From positions 174,220,001 to 174,284,000 of the forward strand of contig NC_042998.1 in NCBI RefSeq assembly GCF_006345805.1: a stretch of 64,000 bases of DNA, written 5' to 3'. The notes beneath the pieces are model-generated. The model was not told where the DNA came from. It worked only from the letters and a program-made list of their open reading frames with translations, and did not search any database. How positions within the stretch are numbered: position 1 is the first letter of the stretch; each line of letters starts with the position of its first letter. Positions 1 through 15,241 of the stretch are shown one piece after another. The position numbers and the translations under genes are program-made. The DNA comes from Octopus sinensis (lineage: Eukaryota).

Positions 1-235
1 AGTGATCTTGAACAAAAGGCCGATCCCTTAAAGAGATCATAGGTGGACAACGCACATACACTCACAAACACACAGACACACAAGTACAGATACACACAAA
101 CACCCCTACAAGCAGGCACGCGAGTGTACACACACAAGCACACACACATACTGTTCGTTTACTCTCATCATTCCAATTTCTTATAAGCCATCACACATCT
201 GCATACGCACATACAAGCAAGCTCAAAGGTTGACT

Positions 236-445
236 TTGATGAGATCATTAGTAGCGACGAAAAGATTTTAACAAACAACTAGTTAACTGTTTAACCAACA
301 CATTAAACAAAGAATCGTTTAGTTAGTCGATTAGATATTGATGAAGTCACTAATAGCGACGTAAGGACTTTGACAAACAAACAACCGATTAATTGTTTAA
401 CCAACATATTAAACAAATGATCGTTTAGTTAGTTGATTAGATATT
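236..445. repeat. Tandem duplication, two ~102-bp units
   Basis: ttgatga...tagcgacg.aa...aacaaacaac...tgtttaaccaaca.attaaacaaa..atcgtttagttagt.gattagatatt occurs twice, starting at 236 and 338. Confidence 0.85.
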
Positions 446-859
446 TAACCGATTGACATGCAATTTAGTGGTAGACAGTGCGTGTGTGTATTATTATTAT
501 TAGTGTAATGTCCCTCCCAAGGGTGTATTTCTAACGCGCCGCTCTGAACAAATATTTATAATATCTAATCCAGCCACCAACCAATTAGCATAAATCATTT
601 CGGTTAAGTTATAGTTTGTGTTATATTTAAATAGTGATTTGAAAATTATTTTCTTCGTAGCCGGAGGAATGAGATATTACTTATCCTTAACAATTTCTTT
701 TCTATGTATTTCTTTCTTTTATTTCGTTTACCAGTTACTGCTTGAGAGCTGCGGCCATGCTGGGGTACCACTGTTAGTTTTGTTTCCCTTTCACAACTTG
801 ATATGTAAAATTTGGTGATCGAGAGAGTTTAATGTCACTGCCCTCACCTGCGTTTCCTG

Positions 860-1670
860 CCGCCAAATAGGTCCATCCGGAACTCTTGACAGGAGGAGAT
901 CCAGTTATGTTTTGAAGATACTTGCATTCACCCTATGTAGATCTCACTTGCTTTTGGGCAGAATACTGAAGAGTTGTGAGCCCTTGAAAGCCAAGCTGAT
1001 GTAATATCTCCACCTGCATCTTAATGGTGATATTGGGATCTTTGACACAATTTTCTTTGTAGTTGTACTGATATGAATCGATATACTTTTTTCTTTTATT
1101 TTTTCTTTTATTTTATATTTAGTGCCATATTTATAGTTTATAAAACTATAAAAAAAGTGCTAAATTCCTTGTTCTGTATCATACATGCACACATATATAC
1201 AAGATTAAACAAATATTACTTTATGGATAGTACAGAAATGTGCAAAAATAAAAGGTGACCGCAATGGCCTTTTGTGTGATTCCAACCCCGCCGGCGCAAC
1301 ATCTCCATAGTTCTATTCCTGTGTGAGACATTTGTATCGTCTGCATAGCTAGCAAGAAGGGGTATCTGAGCAGTAGAGGGCACATCTAAGATGGCCTCTA
1401 TGAATAGCAATAGCCCCAAGACAGTGCCCTGTAGAACACAACTCACTATCTGTGTTTCCCCAGAGTTGCCTCCATTGGCCGCCACAGCCTGACATCTATC
1501 TTTTAAAATGTTGGGTTGCCACTCTCCAAGTTTTCCGACTATGCTGAGATCAGGCAGTTTGTGACATATCATACCATAGGCGATTTTATCAAAGGCTTTT
1601 GCTAAGTTGAGATATATTACGTCCACACTTGAATTGTTTAGTAACTGCTTTAACAGCAAGTCTTATTGTT
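860..1670 (-). mobile_element. Degenerate CR1/Jockey-like LINE fragment (RT and C-terminus)
   Basis: ORF 1216-1659 has RT motifs DVIYLNLAKAFD, QGTVLGLLLF and YADDT; the minus strand near 860-1000 reads SLAFKGSQLFSILPK...FKT*LDLLLSRVPDGP, resembling the C-terminus of the LINE at 36652. Confidence 0.8.
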
Positions 1671-2177
1671 GTAAGAACAGGTACCCTTGCTTGTTCAGAA
1701 GTAATTATTTCGAAACTTTCGTTCCAGTATAGACATCGACTGATTTGTACGGAAGGCAAGCAGGGTGAAGTTAACTCAATATAAACACGTGAAACAACAT
1801 TAAATTAAAATGATGATGTCTATATTATTTACATTGTAAGTACAAATGTCGAACGTCACTCGATGTAATATTTCGTCTCAGAAAAACTTCTTTTGTGATA
1901 AAAACGACTGCTCTCATTGTCAGGAAGTGAGAAATTAAAAGTAAACATCTAAAGAAATTAGCAGTGAAAGAAAATGTAATCGGAAATATCGTTTAATTTA
2001 ACTTTGACAACATGATACGGTGGTTCAATTGATTTATAATATCGGAGTAAAAAGTCATGCTGTGCAAAGAATAACACAGGCAGATCTTGCAGTTCTATAT
2101 TTAAGAGATGAGAAATTATGTACATTATTTACATTATTTACATTCGACGGATATTTGTCCTCATCTTGTTTGTTGTT

Positions 2178-2223
2178 AACACAACGTTTCGGCTGATATA
2201 CCCTCCAGCCTTCTTCAGGTGTC
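2178..2223 (-). ncRNA. Minimal type-I hammerhead ribozyme motif (PLE type)
   Basis: GACAC-CUGAAGA-A-GGCUG-gaggguauau-CAGCC-GAA-ACGU-U|GUGUU: helix I, helix II, palindromic helix III and a GUU site. Confidence 0.8.
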
Positions 2224-2265
2224 TTGTGGAAATTTCGAACCTTAACCACTACGTCATATGCCCAC

Positions 2266-2338
2266 GGGCATATGGTGCAGTAGTTAAGAGCGCGGGCTAC
2301 TAACCCCAAGATTCCGAGTTCGGTTCCAAGCAGTGTCC
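2266..2338 (+). promoter_or_regulatory. tRNA-like head with Pol III A and B boxes (not a canonical tRNA gene)
   Basis: gggcatatggtgcagtagttaagagcgcgggctactaaccccaagattccgagttcggttcc; anticodon-like loop CTACTAA; B box gagttcggttcc. Confidence 0.7.
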
Positions 2339-5300
2339 CGAACAACAATAACAACAACAACTAAAAATACCGTAGGAATGAGAACCCAGGTTCGAAATTT
2401 CTCCTGAAGAAGGCTGGAGGGTATATCAGCCGAAACGTTGTGTTAATAACAAATAAGATAGACAGATCTTGCTTCGCAGCAGTTTTCTTTCTTTTCATCC
2501 TCGAATAATATATTTATCTCTACTTTCACCATGCTCATAAGCAGGTAAGAAACAAAAAACAAACCAAGGTATTGGTCTCCCAAGAACAGTTAAAAACATT
2601 ATGACTAGTTTCTCTGATATTTTCGAATCTACTGTCATAAATCTCTAATTTGGGTTACAAACACCATCTATGTCAGTAATATACCATCTAAACTTCCTTC
2701 GCTGTCGCTCAAATGTAAGATTTTTTTAAAATACAATTATTCAGTTCAGGTTGCTGTCATTAATAGAGTTGTCAGAGCTGGAAATATTTTTCGACAGAAC
2801 AATATTATTACAGAATGTTTTCAGTCTTTGTTACTTTTTTGTGTTCCAATAAAATGAATTGTGACTAACTCAAAGAATTCCTTGGCTCCATATATTCTAA
2901 TAGTCAGACTTAAGAGTGAATTATATTATATATTTTTTCTAGTTCTTTTGAAGCTAAAGTTTTGTATGTGTATTGTCCCCGATATTAATATTCACTTATT
3001 TGTAGAAATATCAAAAAAATATGGTTGCTATGATTCGAAAATATATTTTGAAGAAGGTTAAAACACTTATGATACAACATTTTGTAAGTCATATTGTAAA
3101 AGGAAAAAATTTACTAGTGCTCGGTTTTAAGCCTGTATAAAAGACTAAACGGTTGAAAGATTGTTACCGGCTGCAATTTTTAAATCTAAATCCCTATGCA
3201 ATCTTTGATCAGCCTAAAAATCTATCTAAACTATTTCGAACAATAATTTCACAAGCTTTAACCCTATGAAAGGTGTCCGTAACCGCATCGAACAAATTCT
3301 TACCATTTTTTCTATCTAGATAGCATTTTTGAAAAGGAAAATTAATTTCCTTTCACGCAAAATAACGTTAGTGTCTGAGTGATGAGTGAAGGTTGTGTGA
3401 TCCAAGGTCATATATTCTAAACTGAGTGACTTAGTGAAGGCGAGATGAAAAATACACATTATGAAACAGAGTAAACTTTAAGTTTTATTCCCCATGGGTA
3501 TTTCAAAAACATTCTACTTCAAGCAAAATGTAACAGAGATGGAGTCTACAACTTTGTAAAGTTATTACTGTAAGAGTCTAGGACGACACTTAAATCTATT
3601 TTGATACATTCGATTCGACTATATTTAGCGTGGCATGCAAAACTACAAATAACCTTTAAGCATGTTATAAAATGAACGAGTGTCTAAGAAATCTACTTGA
3701 TCATCTACTTAAGTGCAATGGAAATATCTTTATCTTCTAAATAAATTGCGTTATATCTATTTTCATCGGATTGTTGTAGATGGTAAAGATGCTGTGAGAT
3801 AATAAGCAGTTATGATCAGTTTATCTACTGAGAAAGATATAAATGTTTTCCGAACAAAATGTATATTTCTGAATTAGCTAAGGAATTTAGGAAATTATTT
3901 GGAAACTGTTCTTTAATTTCCGGAATATGACATACTTATGAAATTAAACAGATACTTTTTGAATATATTCACGTATTTTCCAGAGATTTGATTGGATTTT
4001 GTATCAATTATTAATATTCGCCCTATGTATTCCACAGTTAAAGATGTATGCTTGCATTCATCCTTTTTTAATAACCTTTCAGTTTTCTCAATTAAATCTT
4101 TTAGGTTCTATTACATGAAAATGGTTAACATAGTCTTGGTGATAAAAATTAACAGATGCTGTTCTATCTTCAGTTGTATATATCCGTGTACTATGGTGCA
4201 CTATTCTGAGAAGAAGACTAAATGTGTATACAAAAAGATAAGTATAAACAAAAAGGAGAATAGTCGATGCTGGAAATAGTATAATAATATATTACTCGAA
4301 TCTAAAATTTCATAATTCGTAACTCCGAATTTCACTCTTCTGGTTTCGGGAGGGAAAAAATTGAAAAATAAAGTAGAATGCCGATACTAAGAATGTTCAA
4401 TGTAAAGAACTAAAACAAAATATAAAAAAAAAGAAACAGGGATTGGCTAAAATTGAAATAGTAAGGATACAATGCGATCGAATTGAACGGGTCATGGTTA
4501 ATGGTGGTGTACTGATGGAAGGTGAAAAGCATTCAATGAAAACACTGAGCATGTTCAAATAATATATCATAAAGCTATAAATATTGGAAGAGCGAAAGAA
4601 AGAAAATATTTAAAAATAAGTAAATAAGAAAATGTGAAATAAATAAAAGATTTAGAATATCGGGAACTTTTAGGCTTCTTAAAATATTGTTGCTATTCAT
4701 GCATTGGTGGATAAAATCTACAGTTCAGAATGCACGTGCTACAAGTTATAACGAAAAAGAAAATGAAAAGGGGGGACAGAGAAAGGAAGGAAGCAAAGGG
4801 GTCGAAAAGAGAAAAGAGTAAGAGAAAACAAAGACGAAGAAGTGATAGAATGAGATTAAATAAATGAGAAAGAAAGAAAGAAAGAAAGAAAGAATAGCAA
4901 ATATCGTTGGATTAACTTTCTCAAAATGTCATGGCGTGTCTGTCGATTTATAGAAAAATATAAAAATTCCATCCTATGGAAACAAGTACAAAGTAGGTGC
5001 AATCTTGTATTCAAACATATTTTAACACGAATTAATGCTGGTACTTTTTGCATTTACACGAAGTAGCAAATAGAGTTTATTTTTGGTATTCTCACGTTTG
5101 TAACCAGGCGCAGAAGCAAGAATAGACCAAACAATTCGAAATTACTCTGAATAGTTTTTCTTAAATTCCAGATGTCTCTTCTCTCTTCACTCTTCGTATT
5201 CGGACTAATAAACGATTGTTTCATTCTTCAAATTTTGTTATCAAAGCATAGATACTCGGAGTTACGAAATATGAAGTTTCATCTTCAGCAATTAGATTAT

Positions 5301-5870
5301 ATGCGTGTGCGTTGGGTGGCAGGTATGTGTATGTAAGTCCATGTATGTATGTATGTATGTATGTATGTATGTATGTATGTATGTATGTATGTATGTATGT
5401 ATGTATGTATGTATGTATGTATGTATGTATGTATGTATGTATGTATGTATGTATGTATGTATGTGTGTGCGTTGGGTGGCAGGTATGTGTATGTAAGTCC
5501 ATGTATGTATGTATGTATGTATGTATGTATGTATGTATGTATGTGTGTATGTATGTATGTATGTGTGTGTATGAAAGCATACTGTTGGTGTGGTGAATGG
5601 AGAATGTTTGGTTTGCAATTTTTGCGGTATGTATGTTTGTCAAGAGCAGGGCTCATTAGCCTCAAACGGAGCGGCAAATACAAAATATTAGTCCTAGAGG
5701 GCACAATGTTCCTGAAGGTCAGCAATGGTCTTCCTCGGTCACGAGTGGACGGCCATCATGAATGTATGCATGTATGTATGCATGTATGTATGTATGTATG
5801 TATGCATGTATGCATGTATGCATGTATACGTGTATGTAATTGTATTTGTGTGTGTGTGTGTGTGTGTTCA
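5301..5870. repeat. (ATGT)n/(GT)n compound microsatellite with an internal duplicated unique segment
   Basis: Direct reading; atg(c/t)gtgtgcgttgggtggcaggtatgtgtatgtaagtcc appears at ~5301 and ~5461. Confidence 0.9.
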
Positions 5871-6030
5871 CAGAGTAAGTCCCTTTAGCTTTTGAATGAC
5901 TAAATAATATGGAGTTCGCTTCACAATCATGAAAGCGCCGGTTTGATCCATCCGCGTTATCTTGGGCATCGGAAGTGTCTTTACTCTAGCCTTGAGCTAA
6001 CCCAAACTCTCTCATTTCTCTCTTTTTCTT

Positions 6031-6085
<55 letters not shown>

Positions 6086-6410
6086 GTTTAGAAGTAGTGT
6101 TTAACGCTAACTAGCGGACGAGTATCAATCACCGGGACTTACCATAAAGACGTCGAAACTCTACGGTCTCATTATCTCAGTGTTAAAATAGTAGGGAATT
6201 CTCTCCTCGCTTACAATATATATTGAGGGCAGAGTGCACTGAATAACCAGATGGAGGAGGCGCACTCTTGTGGTTCAAATAGCAGTATCATCGGTTCCTA
6301 GGGAATGCCTGTATTTAGATGATGTCAAACACTACTTCACAGTATAAATACTGCTTTGAGCTCTTATAGAGATTTTCCTAACTAGCTAATTTGCTTGTTA
6401 TATATCTTTG

Positions 6411-6492
<82 letters not shown>

Positions 6493-6722
6493 CATTAGTG
6501 AAATTCGGACTTGTACTCTTTATTATGAAGTAAATATCCTCGAGCAACACCGATTTCTCTGCTTGCCCGTCTTCCATATTTCATCTATTTACACCCGAAT
6601 CGGATACCGCTTCTAGCCGCCTTGGATAGGCAATTTCAGTACCTCATTTCCATTTGAACTTCCAGCCGGAGTTTTTGTGGTAAACCGATGTGAGCAGTCA
6701 TTGTACATACCTACTGATATAT

Positions 6723-7171
6723 ATTTCTTTACTACCCACAAGTGGATAAACATAGAGGGGACAAACAAGGACAGACAAAGGGATTAAGTCGATTACATCT
6801 ACCCCAGTGCGAAACTGGTACTTTATTTATCGACCCCGAAAGGATGAAAGGCAAAGTCGACCTCGGCGGAATTTGAACTCAGAACGTAACGACAGACGAA
6901 ATACCGCCAAGCATTTCGCCCGGCGCGCTAACGTTTCTTATTTCTTTATTACCCACAAGGGGCTAAACACAGAGGGGACAAACAATGACAGACAAACGGT
7001 TTAAGTCGATTATATCGACCCCAGTGCGAAATCTGTACTTTATTTATCGACCCCGAAAGGATGAAAGGCAAAGTCGACCTCGACGGAATTTGAACTCAGA
7101 ACGTAACGACAGACGAAATACCGCTAAGCATTTCGCCCGGCGCGCTAACGTTTCTGCCAGCTCGCTGCTCT
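6723..7171 (-). mobile_element. Head-to-tail dimer of a tRNA-derived SINE flanked by a 17-bp TSD
   Basis: Two copies (~6723-6937 and ~6938-7170); B-box-like gagttcaaattcc; catacctactgatatat at 6706-6722 and 7172-7188. Confidence 0.85.
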
Positions 7172-7992
7172 CATACCTACTGATATATGTCAATCAGCAT
7201 ATACTCCTTGTATTTCTTTTATTCGTTTGTTGGTTGGGTTCTTTGTTTTTTTTTTGGGGGGGGGGGTTAATTTACGTTTTACATTTTACACAGCGAGGGG
7301 GAAAAGGAGTTAATATAAAAGATGCAGGATTAGAGCGCATAAAAAGTTTGGTATGAAGCAATGAATAATGAAGGCTACACAGTGTGAAGGAAAGGAATCT
7401 AGAGTCAGAGGAGCAGGTGGATAAGGAGTTAGTGACGGGGTAGTTATGGGTGGGATGAATGGGATGGTGGATAAATAAATAAAAAATACATTAATGCATG
7501 CGCGTAACGAAAGATGTCAGTTATTGAGTGTGTGACGATCTAACAGTTTCAAGGATTTAAACATGTGTACAGATGCGTACTTTCACTTTCACTAAGAAAA
7601 AATACGGTGATATATTGTTTTAAGAAAATGCAACTGCGGTATTGAAAATAAAGAAAAGGAAGACAGGAATGTGCTTTTTTTTTGTCCTGAGTAAGTGAAC
7701 TGAATAAGTAAATGTATAAATGTCGATTATTGAACATCATTTTCGTAGATTTGTTTTCATTTCACCAGAAAATAAGACATTTGTTATATAAAAGAAAGAT
7801 TCATGTAAAAATAATTACAAATTAGCAATTCAGTTCGAATTTCTTCATCGCAATTCGGTTTGGTTTGCTTGCTTTCTCTTTTGTGGGGAGATGGATGGAG
7901 TGGAGTGGGTTCCTTTCATGTATTTTTAACATTACGAAATGCCTTGTCAATTTGCAAATCATTTCTTCATGTGTCTTCATAAATACATACTC

Positions 7993-7994
<2 letters not shown>

Positions 7995-8074
<80 letters not shown>

Positions 8075-8075
8075 C

Positions 8076-8110
<35 letters not shown>

Positions 8111-8212
8111 ATATATACATATATATATACATATATATACATATATATATATATAGTACACACGTATAAATAGATAGATTGGTACATACATGCATACAAA
8201 TATTTATATACG

Positions 8213-8248
<36 letters not shown>

Positions 8249-8292
8249 TATGTATATAATATATATATATATATTATATATATATATATATA
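7995..8292. repeat. (TA)n/(CA)n compound microsatellite
   Basis: Direct reading. Confidence 0.95.
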
Positions 8293-8793
8293 CGCACAAA
8301 TACAGAGGCAGAGAGAAGGAGGGAAAGAGAAAGCACTAGGGAAAGGAAGGGTAGGGGAAACAGGCATACGTCTATTTTGGTACCACACAACCTATTTTAA
8401 ATCATAATTTTCTGAAAGAAAACCCCACATTTTTTTTGAAGAAATTTTACAGAGATAGACGTTCAACGGTGTACCTTGCGATTGTATTGATGAAATTTAG
8501 AAAAATATATATATTTACTGCAACTATACAAATGAGAAATTTGTTTAAATTTAATTTAATTTAATTTTAGAGAAAATAATTATTTTATGCGGAAAATTAT
8601 TATTGATTTTCTCGATTTATATAACCAACAAATTTGATACATCTTCATTTACAATTATTGCATATATGCCATATCTCACGATATTACGCATGGTGTCAAA
8701 ATTAAACTTCCAAACTTAACTATACCATATGTTGGGTAACATCATGGTCAATAAACATACATACACACATATACATATATAGATATATATATA

Positions 8794-9440
<647 letters not shown>

Positions 9441-9930
9441 TCGCATAAAAATTGTGACATACTGCCGTATGACACCATTACCTCTCATAACTTCCATTTC
9501 TCGCTATATATATATATATATATTACGGACAGTCCCACCGAAGATAACGTATGAGTGTTCAGCTTTAGCCGAACGACCGGCACAAATAATTTGTTTATTG
9601 TGATCAAATGTATGTACTGTACATTAGCTCACATCCTCCATTAAATCCACTTTGGCTGTAAAGGTGCACGGTGTACAACGCGTCAGGTGTCGAAGTGACC
9701 GAATCGGGCCGTAGCTCGGAATGGAAACCATGATCTCGCTATTGTGAGTCCTTAGCCCTAACCACTAGATGATGCGTCATCACTATATACATACAGACAG
9801 ACACATATACACACACAGGCACACACCCACACACATATACACATACCTGCATATATACATACATACGTCCATACGTACATACATATATAAATACATACAT
9901 ACATACATACATACAGACAGACAGACAGAT

Positions 9931-10435
9931 CGTTAATCTTCGAGTATAGTCCGCAGAGGATTTTTAGTTGGCTGTACCTCTGAAAGACCTAAAGCTTGTG
10001 TATAATACACACCCCTTCTCTAACTTGAGTCAAGGAGGTCTATATAACGTCCTTGGTTTGTAAAACTGTATACGGTAACACCCTTTATTAATATTGTATA
10101 TATATAACATAATGCAAACGTGTAACTTTTTTGTGAATTTTGTTTGCAGAAAATAAAGAAATAACAGTAATAACTGTAACAACGTTTAATAAACATTGCT
10201 TACTGCAAGTTATGGATGATTCTTTTATGACTTCATTGCTATCGGGCTTAGCTTAAGGTATTTTCGCACCCGACATCACAAAATGCGTCTGAATAAACAT
10301 AGCCAGACAACAAATAGAGACTCGGACATTGCTTAGAAATTATTTTTCATTTTTAACCTCGTATATAGTACACACTAGGGATTTTGACCTTTAAATTTTG
10401 GGCGGAAAATGCGGATTATACCCGAGGATTTACGG
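9931..10435. mobile_element. pogo/Tigger-type non-autonomous DNA transposon, deletion derivative of the 59614 family
   Basis: TIRs cgttaatcttcgagtatagtccgca / tgcggattatacccgaggatttacgg-TA; internal blocks match 59614-60534. Confidence 0.85.
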
Positions 10436-10650
10436 TACATAAAAACATACACACATACACAACGGAATGTTTAGTAGGCCTTGCTTTTTCTAGTTGAGGT
10501 TTGCTGTAGGTTTTTCAAGCGCAATCTGTATTGAAAACAGTGACAGCTCTTAGACTGTCAGGAATGGAGAGAAATGCAGTTGCTCGCAATAAGTGAAAGA
10601 GCCTCTTGCATGGTCTTGAAATAGCAGCAGGAGTTATTCTATCTTTCAGC

Positions 10651-11190
10651 GTTTACTTGTTTCAGTCATTAGTTTGAGGTCATACTGGGGCACCACCATG
10701 AGGAATTTTAGTCGGACGAATCTCCCCCCGCACTCATTTTTTTCTTTTTAAGCCTGGTACTTATGCTATTGTTCTCTTTTGGCGAACCATTTGTTTACGG
10801 GATGTAAAAACACCAACACCGGTTGACAAGCGGTGATGGGGACAAACACAAGCACACATACATGTATATATATGTACATATATATATATATATACACACA
10901 CACATATATATATTATGTGTGTGTGTGCAAGATATGTATTTTTACTATCTTCTATATATTCAACCACGTGCTTTCACAAATCAACTTTCTTATCTATATA
11001 TATATATATATACATATATACACACATACATATATATTAATATGCGAAAGGTTTCTTTCAGTTTCTTGATTGCACCGAGGTTGCCGTCGAAAGCACTCCT
11101 AAAGACGCCACGCAATGGGATTGAACCCGGAACTATGTGGTTTTTGGAAGCACTTCTCTTCTTACCACATACACACACCTGCACCTCATT
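10651..11190 (-). mobile_element. Degenerate tRNA-derived SINE, same family as 18963-19360
   Basis: Tail tacttgtttcagtcatt; body aagcctggtactta and ggggacaaacac; head gggattgaacccggaactatgtgg. Confidence 0.75.
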
Positions 11191-11291
11191 ACCAGGACTT
11201 AAGAAAAAGATGGCTAGTATTCGTCCATATATATGTATGTATATATACATATAAATATAAACATTGATATATATTTATATATATATATATT

Positions 11292-11341
<50 letters not shown>

Positions 11342-11439
11342 ATACATAGTTACAGATATAATATATCCATACACACGCTCGCACATATATAGTTGAAATC
11401 TACAGAAAAGCAAAAGACCAAGACATTTGTATGAACAGA

Positions 11440-11515
11440 AAGCAGGTGTATTAGTTTGACACTCGGAAAAGAGGGAAAGTCTTTTACGCTTCGAGCCTTC
11501 GGCATTCAACAGAAT
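11440..11515 (-). mobile_element. PLE-type terminal remnant with a degenerate hammerhead (core CUGUUGA)
   Basis: ttttacgcttcgagccttcggcattcaacagaa is homologous to 49595-49628. Confidence 0.5.
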
Positions 11516-11573
11516 GATATAAGAGAAAATGAAAAAAGACTATAAAAACAACTTGTGGAATGGCAAATATATG

Positions 11574-11604
<31 letters not shown>

Positions 11605-11616
11605 TTCTGTGTGTGT

Positions 11617-11916
11617 GGAGGTGCAATGGCCACTGGTTAGGGCAGCGGACTCGCGGTCGTAGGTTCGCGGCTTCGACTCCCAGACCGGGCGTTGTGAGTG
11701 TTTATTGAGCGAGAACACCTAAAGCTCCATGAGGCTCCGGCAGTGGGTAGTGGCGATCCCTGCTGCACTCTTTCGCCGCAACTTTCTCTTAGTCTTTCTT
11801 CTGTTGGCCTGGTCGTTTAGCCAGCGAGGTGGCGTCATTTGAAGGCTAAAACAATGCGAAGCGCATTGTGACCAGCGATGTGTAGCAACACCTGATAGCC
11901 TGGTCGGTCACATGAT
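11617..11916 (+). mobile_element. tRNA-derived SINE (octopus OR-like family by inference)
   Basis: Head ggaggtgcaatggccactggttagggcagcggactcgcggtc...ttcgactcccag; head and body shared with 62161-62545. Confidence 0.8.
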
Positions 11917-13966
11917 ATATATATATGTGTGTGAGAGTTTGTGTGTGTGTGTATGTGTGTGTATGTATGTTTCCGTATGTATGTATGTATGTATGTATGT
12001 ATGTATGTATGTATGTATGTATGTATGTATGTATGCAAGTATGTACGTATAGACAAATCAAAAGTAAAAACGATACAGTAAAATATGTTACAATGTACTA
12101 ATGATCATAATCGCAATTTCGATTCCTTGATCCAGGAGTGAGTTGCGCTCTTGGGGAAAACAATTTATTTCAGGCTGCTCTAGACCACTCAGCTGGCAAA
12201 AATAAGTAACTTTGCGGCGGATTACTCGTCCCATCTAGTGGGGAATGTATTCACCACACAATCCAGGAAACCGGCCTTACTAGCCTATAACTCGGAAGGG
12301 ATCTTGATCTTCATATATGTGTGTGTATGTGAGTATATATGCATATATATATATATATATATATATACACGTACACATATATAGATTTCTGCGTGCATGC
12401 GTGTGTGTGTCTGTGTACGCGCAGACGTGCTTGTATGTATGTGTTTGGGTTTTAACATATCTAAACTTTAGTTTCGCCAAGTATGGCGAAAGCTAGGTTT
12501 AACTCAAGAGCACCACTTGATGAAGTGTAATGGGGGTGTGATTCCTTTTGTAGTCGAACAAATGTTGCTGACGCCTGTTTGTCCAGTATTTGATGAAGCG
12601 ATTTGAGAAGCTATCGTGCGATTATCTTCTTCATCTTCCACACTAGTTCATTTGTGCATCTGACAAAACTGCTCAAAAGCATTTCTTCGGTTCTTTACGT
12701 TCAGAGTTCAAATATTGCTGAAGTTAACTTTGCATTTAATCTTTTCGAGGTCGTAAAAATAAGAACAATTTGAGACCTGGGACTCAATGCAACTGATTTA
12801 TTCCTCCCCCAAATTGCTGGTTTTATGCCAAAATTTGGAATCATTATAACAAATATGTGCGCGTACATGTATCCCGGCAGGCGTATGTGAGTGTAATCTA
12901 ATTATGTTAATGGTTTTAATCATTAGACCGCGGTCATTTTGAAAGGTGCTAGTCACTCATACACATTACAGTCTGGCAATTAATTCATCAACGTTTATTT
13001 ATTGAATTGTGAAGTTAACTTTTGACAAAGAGGAACCAACTAAGTAGAGAGGTCACCACTTTTCTCTGTCTTTCCACATCCAGGGTTGACCAAATGTCAC
13101 CTGACAGTAAATCAAAACCATTTAATTCCAAGATTAAAACAAAAAAATATTTTATATGAGACTAATATACAGACAAATGTTGAAAAGAAAATGATTTTAA
13201 CTCACAGCATTCAGTTATTAAACATTCATAACTGGAATGAATGAATAAAATTGAATATTAAGTAATTATGGAATGTTCATTTACTGTCGGATGACTTTTG
13301 GCCAAACCTGTATAGTGATCATCTTTAAGTATAAAAACAGAACCAGCTGACCTGAATACATTTCGCTGGAAAGATCAAATAAAACCGGAAAAATTCCCTT
13401 ACTTTTACCAGTTAGCTTTAAAGTCAAAACCCACACATTGCCTTTATTTTTCCATTAGACTTAGTCCCTTATTTTTGGTTTCAGATTAAAAACTTCAGGA
13501 CAGTAAGTTTTTACCAAAACATTCTAAGTATCATCTGTCTGTTCAGTTTAACGAAAATATTCAACTCACTCTATTGCACATGTGAGATTCTACTATATGT
13601 ATACTTGGTATTATGGCAATGTGAAACCAATGGCAAAATCTTATATTTTTCACGTATGCATTTCGTAAAAAAAATTGTTTATTGTGCGATTTGAAAAGTA
13701 GATAATTGATGAAAAATACCCTGTATATAATTTATGAATAATACCCTGTATATAATTGGAATGCTTGAGCGGAGATAATTTAAAGAAAATAAATATAGCT
13801 CGAACGAGGGCATTATTAAAACTGCATAAGTCAAAATCAGAAAAAAACAGCATAGCTGGTTAATGAGGTAATTTACGAATGCACTCTAAACAAAAGTAAT
13901 CGTCGACATTTTTCACAGATTTTCCCTCCATAAATACATACATACGTGCTTACGTACGTACATACA

Positions 13967-14002
<36 letters not shown>

Positions 14003-14149
14003 TTATATATATATATACACACACACACACACAAATATATAGTTGCATATATATACATACATATATATGCACATGCATACATATATACATATATAAGAGT
14101 TTGTGTGTGTGTGTATAAGCACATGTGTATGTGCCAAAATTAAGTCGAT

Positions 14150-14328
<179 letters not shown>

Positions 14329-15137
14329 TATTCTCATAAAAATTGTGACATACTGCCGTATTGTAAATACTATTGTTTCTACTTTTATATATTTTACATG
14401 CACTTGAAAAAATATGAGATTGTAGTTTGTGAAACATAAAATGTAAGCGTTCAGCGTAAAGCAATTTTTCATTCTATTTTATCATTTATTTTGATACAAT
14501 AATATGATTCAAAGAAGTAATTGTAAAGAAATATCGACTGACCAATATAAGAACTCAATCAATTGACTATGAATGTGATGAATGAAAGCCTGTGCAGGTG
14601 AAATGTGATCTTAAAAACTAATCAACTGGAATTTAGTTCAAACTTCGCAGATAAAATTGCTTCAGTGATAAAAGGCATATATAACCATTAAGCGAAACAT
14701 AAAAATTGTGATTAGATGTCCGAAGACTTGTTGTATATTGATTAGCACTGAAATCACACTGTAAATACTTTTGGAGATATAATACCTTCTACATCACCTA
14801 ATGAAAATTCGTATCGAAAATCCTATAAAATGTTTAAAGCTGTTGTGTGGCATCAAGATTGTTTATTGTTTCCTTATAATTACTATTGTCAGTTTTGAGA
14901 TGATATAATATGGATCTCACGGGAGCACGTTTAGTCGATAGACGTTTAATTCCTGCTTCGCCGTTTCCTTGATCCGCCTGATCTCATTGCAAATTCACTA
15001 CAAAGAAAAAACAGTTATTTGAAAAGATTCTCGCTTTCACTGTGTTATTACGCTTCAGAATCAGATAACGACAGCAATAAAGAATAATATGAGAGACATA
15101 TATATGCATAAATACACATACACGCGCGCACACACAC

Positions 15138-15175
<38 letters not shown>

Positions 15176-15184
15176 CCACACACA

Positions 15185-15241
<57 letters not shown>

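Larger units (their letters stand above)
2091..2462. mobile_element. Palindromic tRNA-head plus hammerhead element, internally deleted copy with a 10-bp TSD
   Basis: Inverted arms (aacacaacgtttcggctgatataccctccagccttcttcagg vs cctgaagaaggctggagggtatatcagccgaaacgttgtgtt); direct repeat cagatcttgc at 2081-2090 and 2463-2472; homologous to 42224-42818. Confidence 0.85.

Noticed and set aside
2266-2338. Possible genuine tRNA genes here and at 42458-42612
   Set aside because: The acceptor stem does not pair, the ACT anticodon is atypical, and the sequences are embedded in a repeat; treated as SINE-like heads
6120-6185. GAAAC-tctacg-GTC hammerhead-like half
   Set aside because: No compatible core, helix II or helix I
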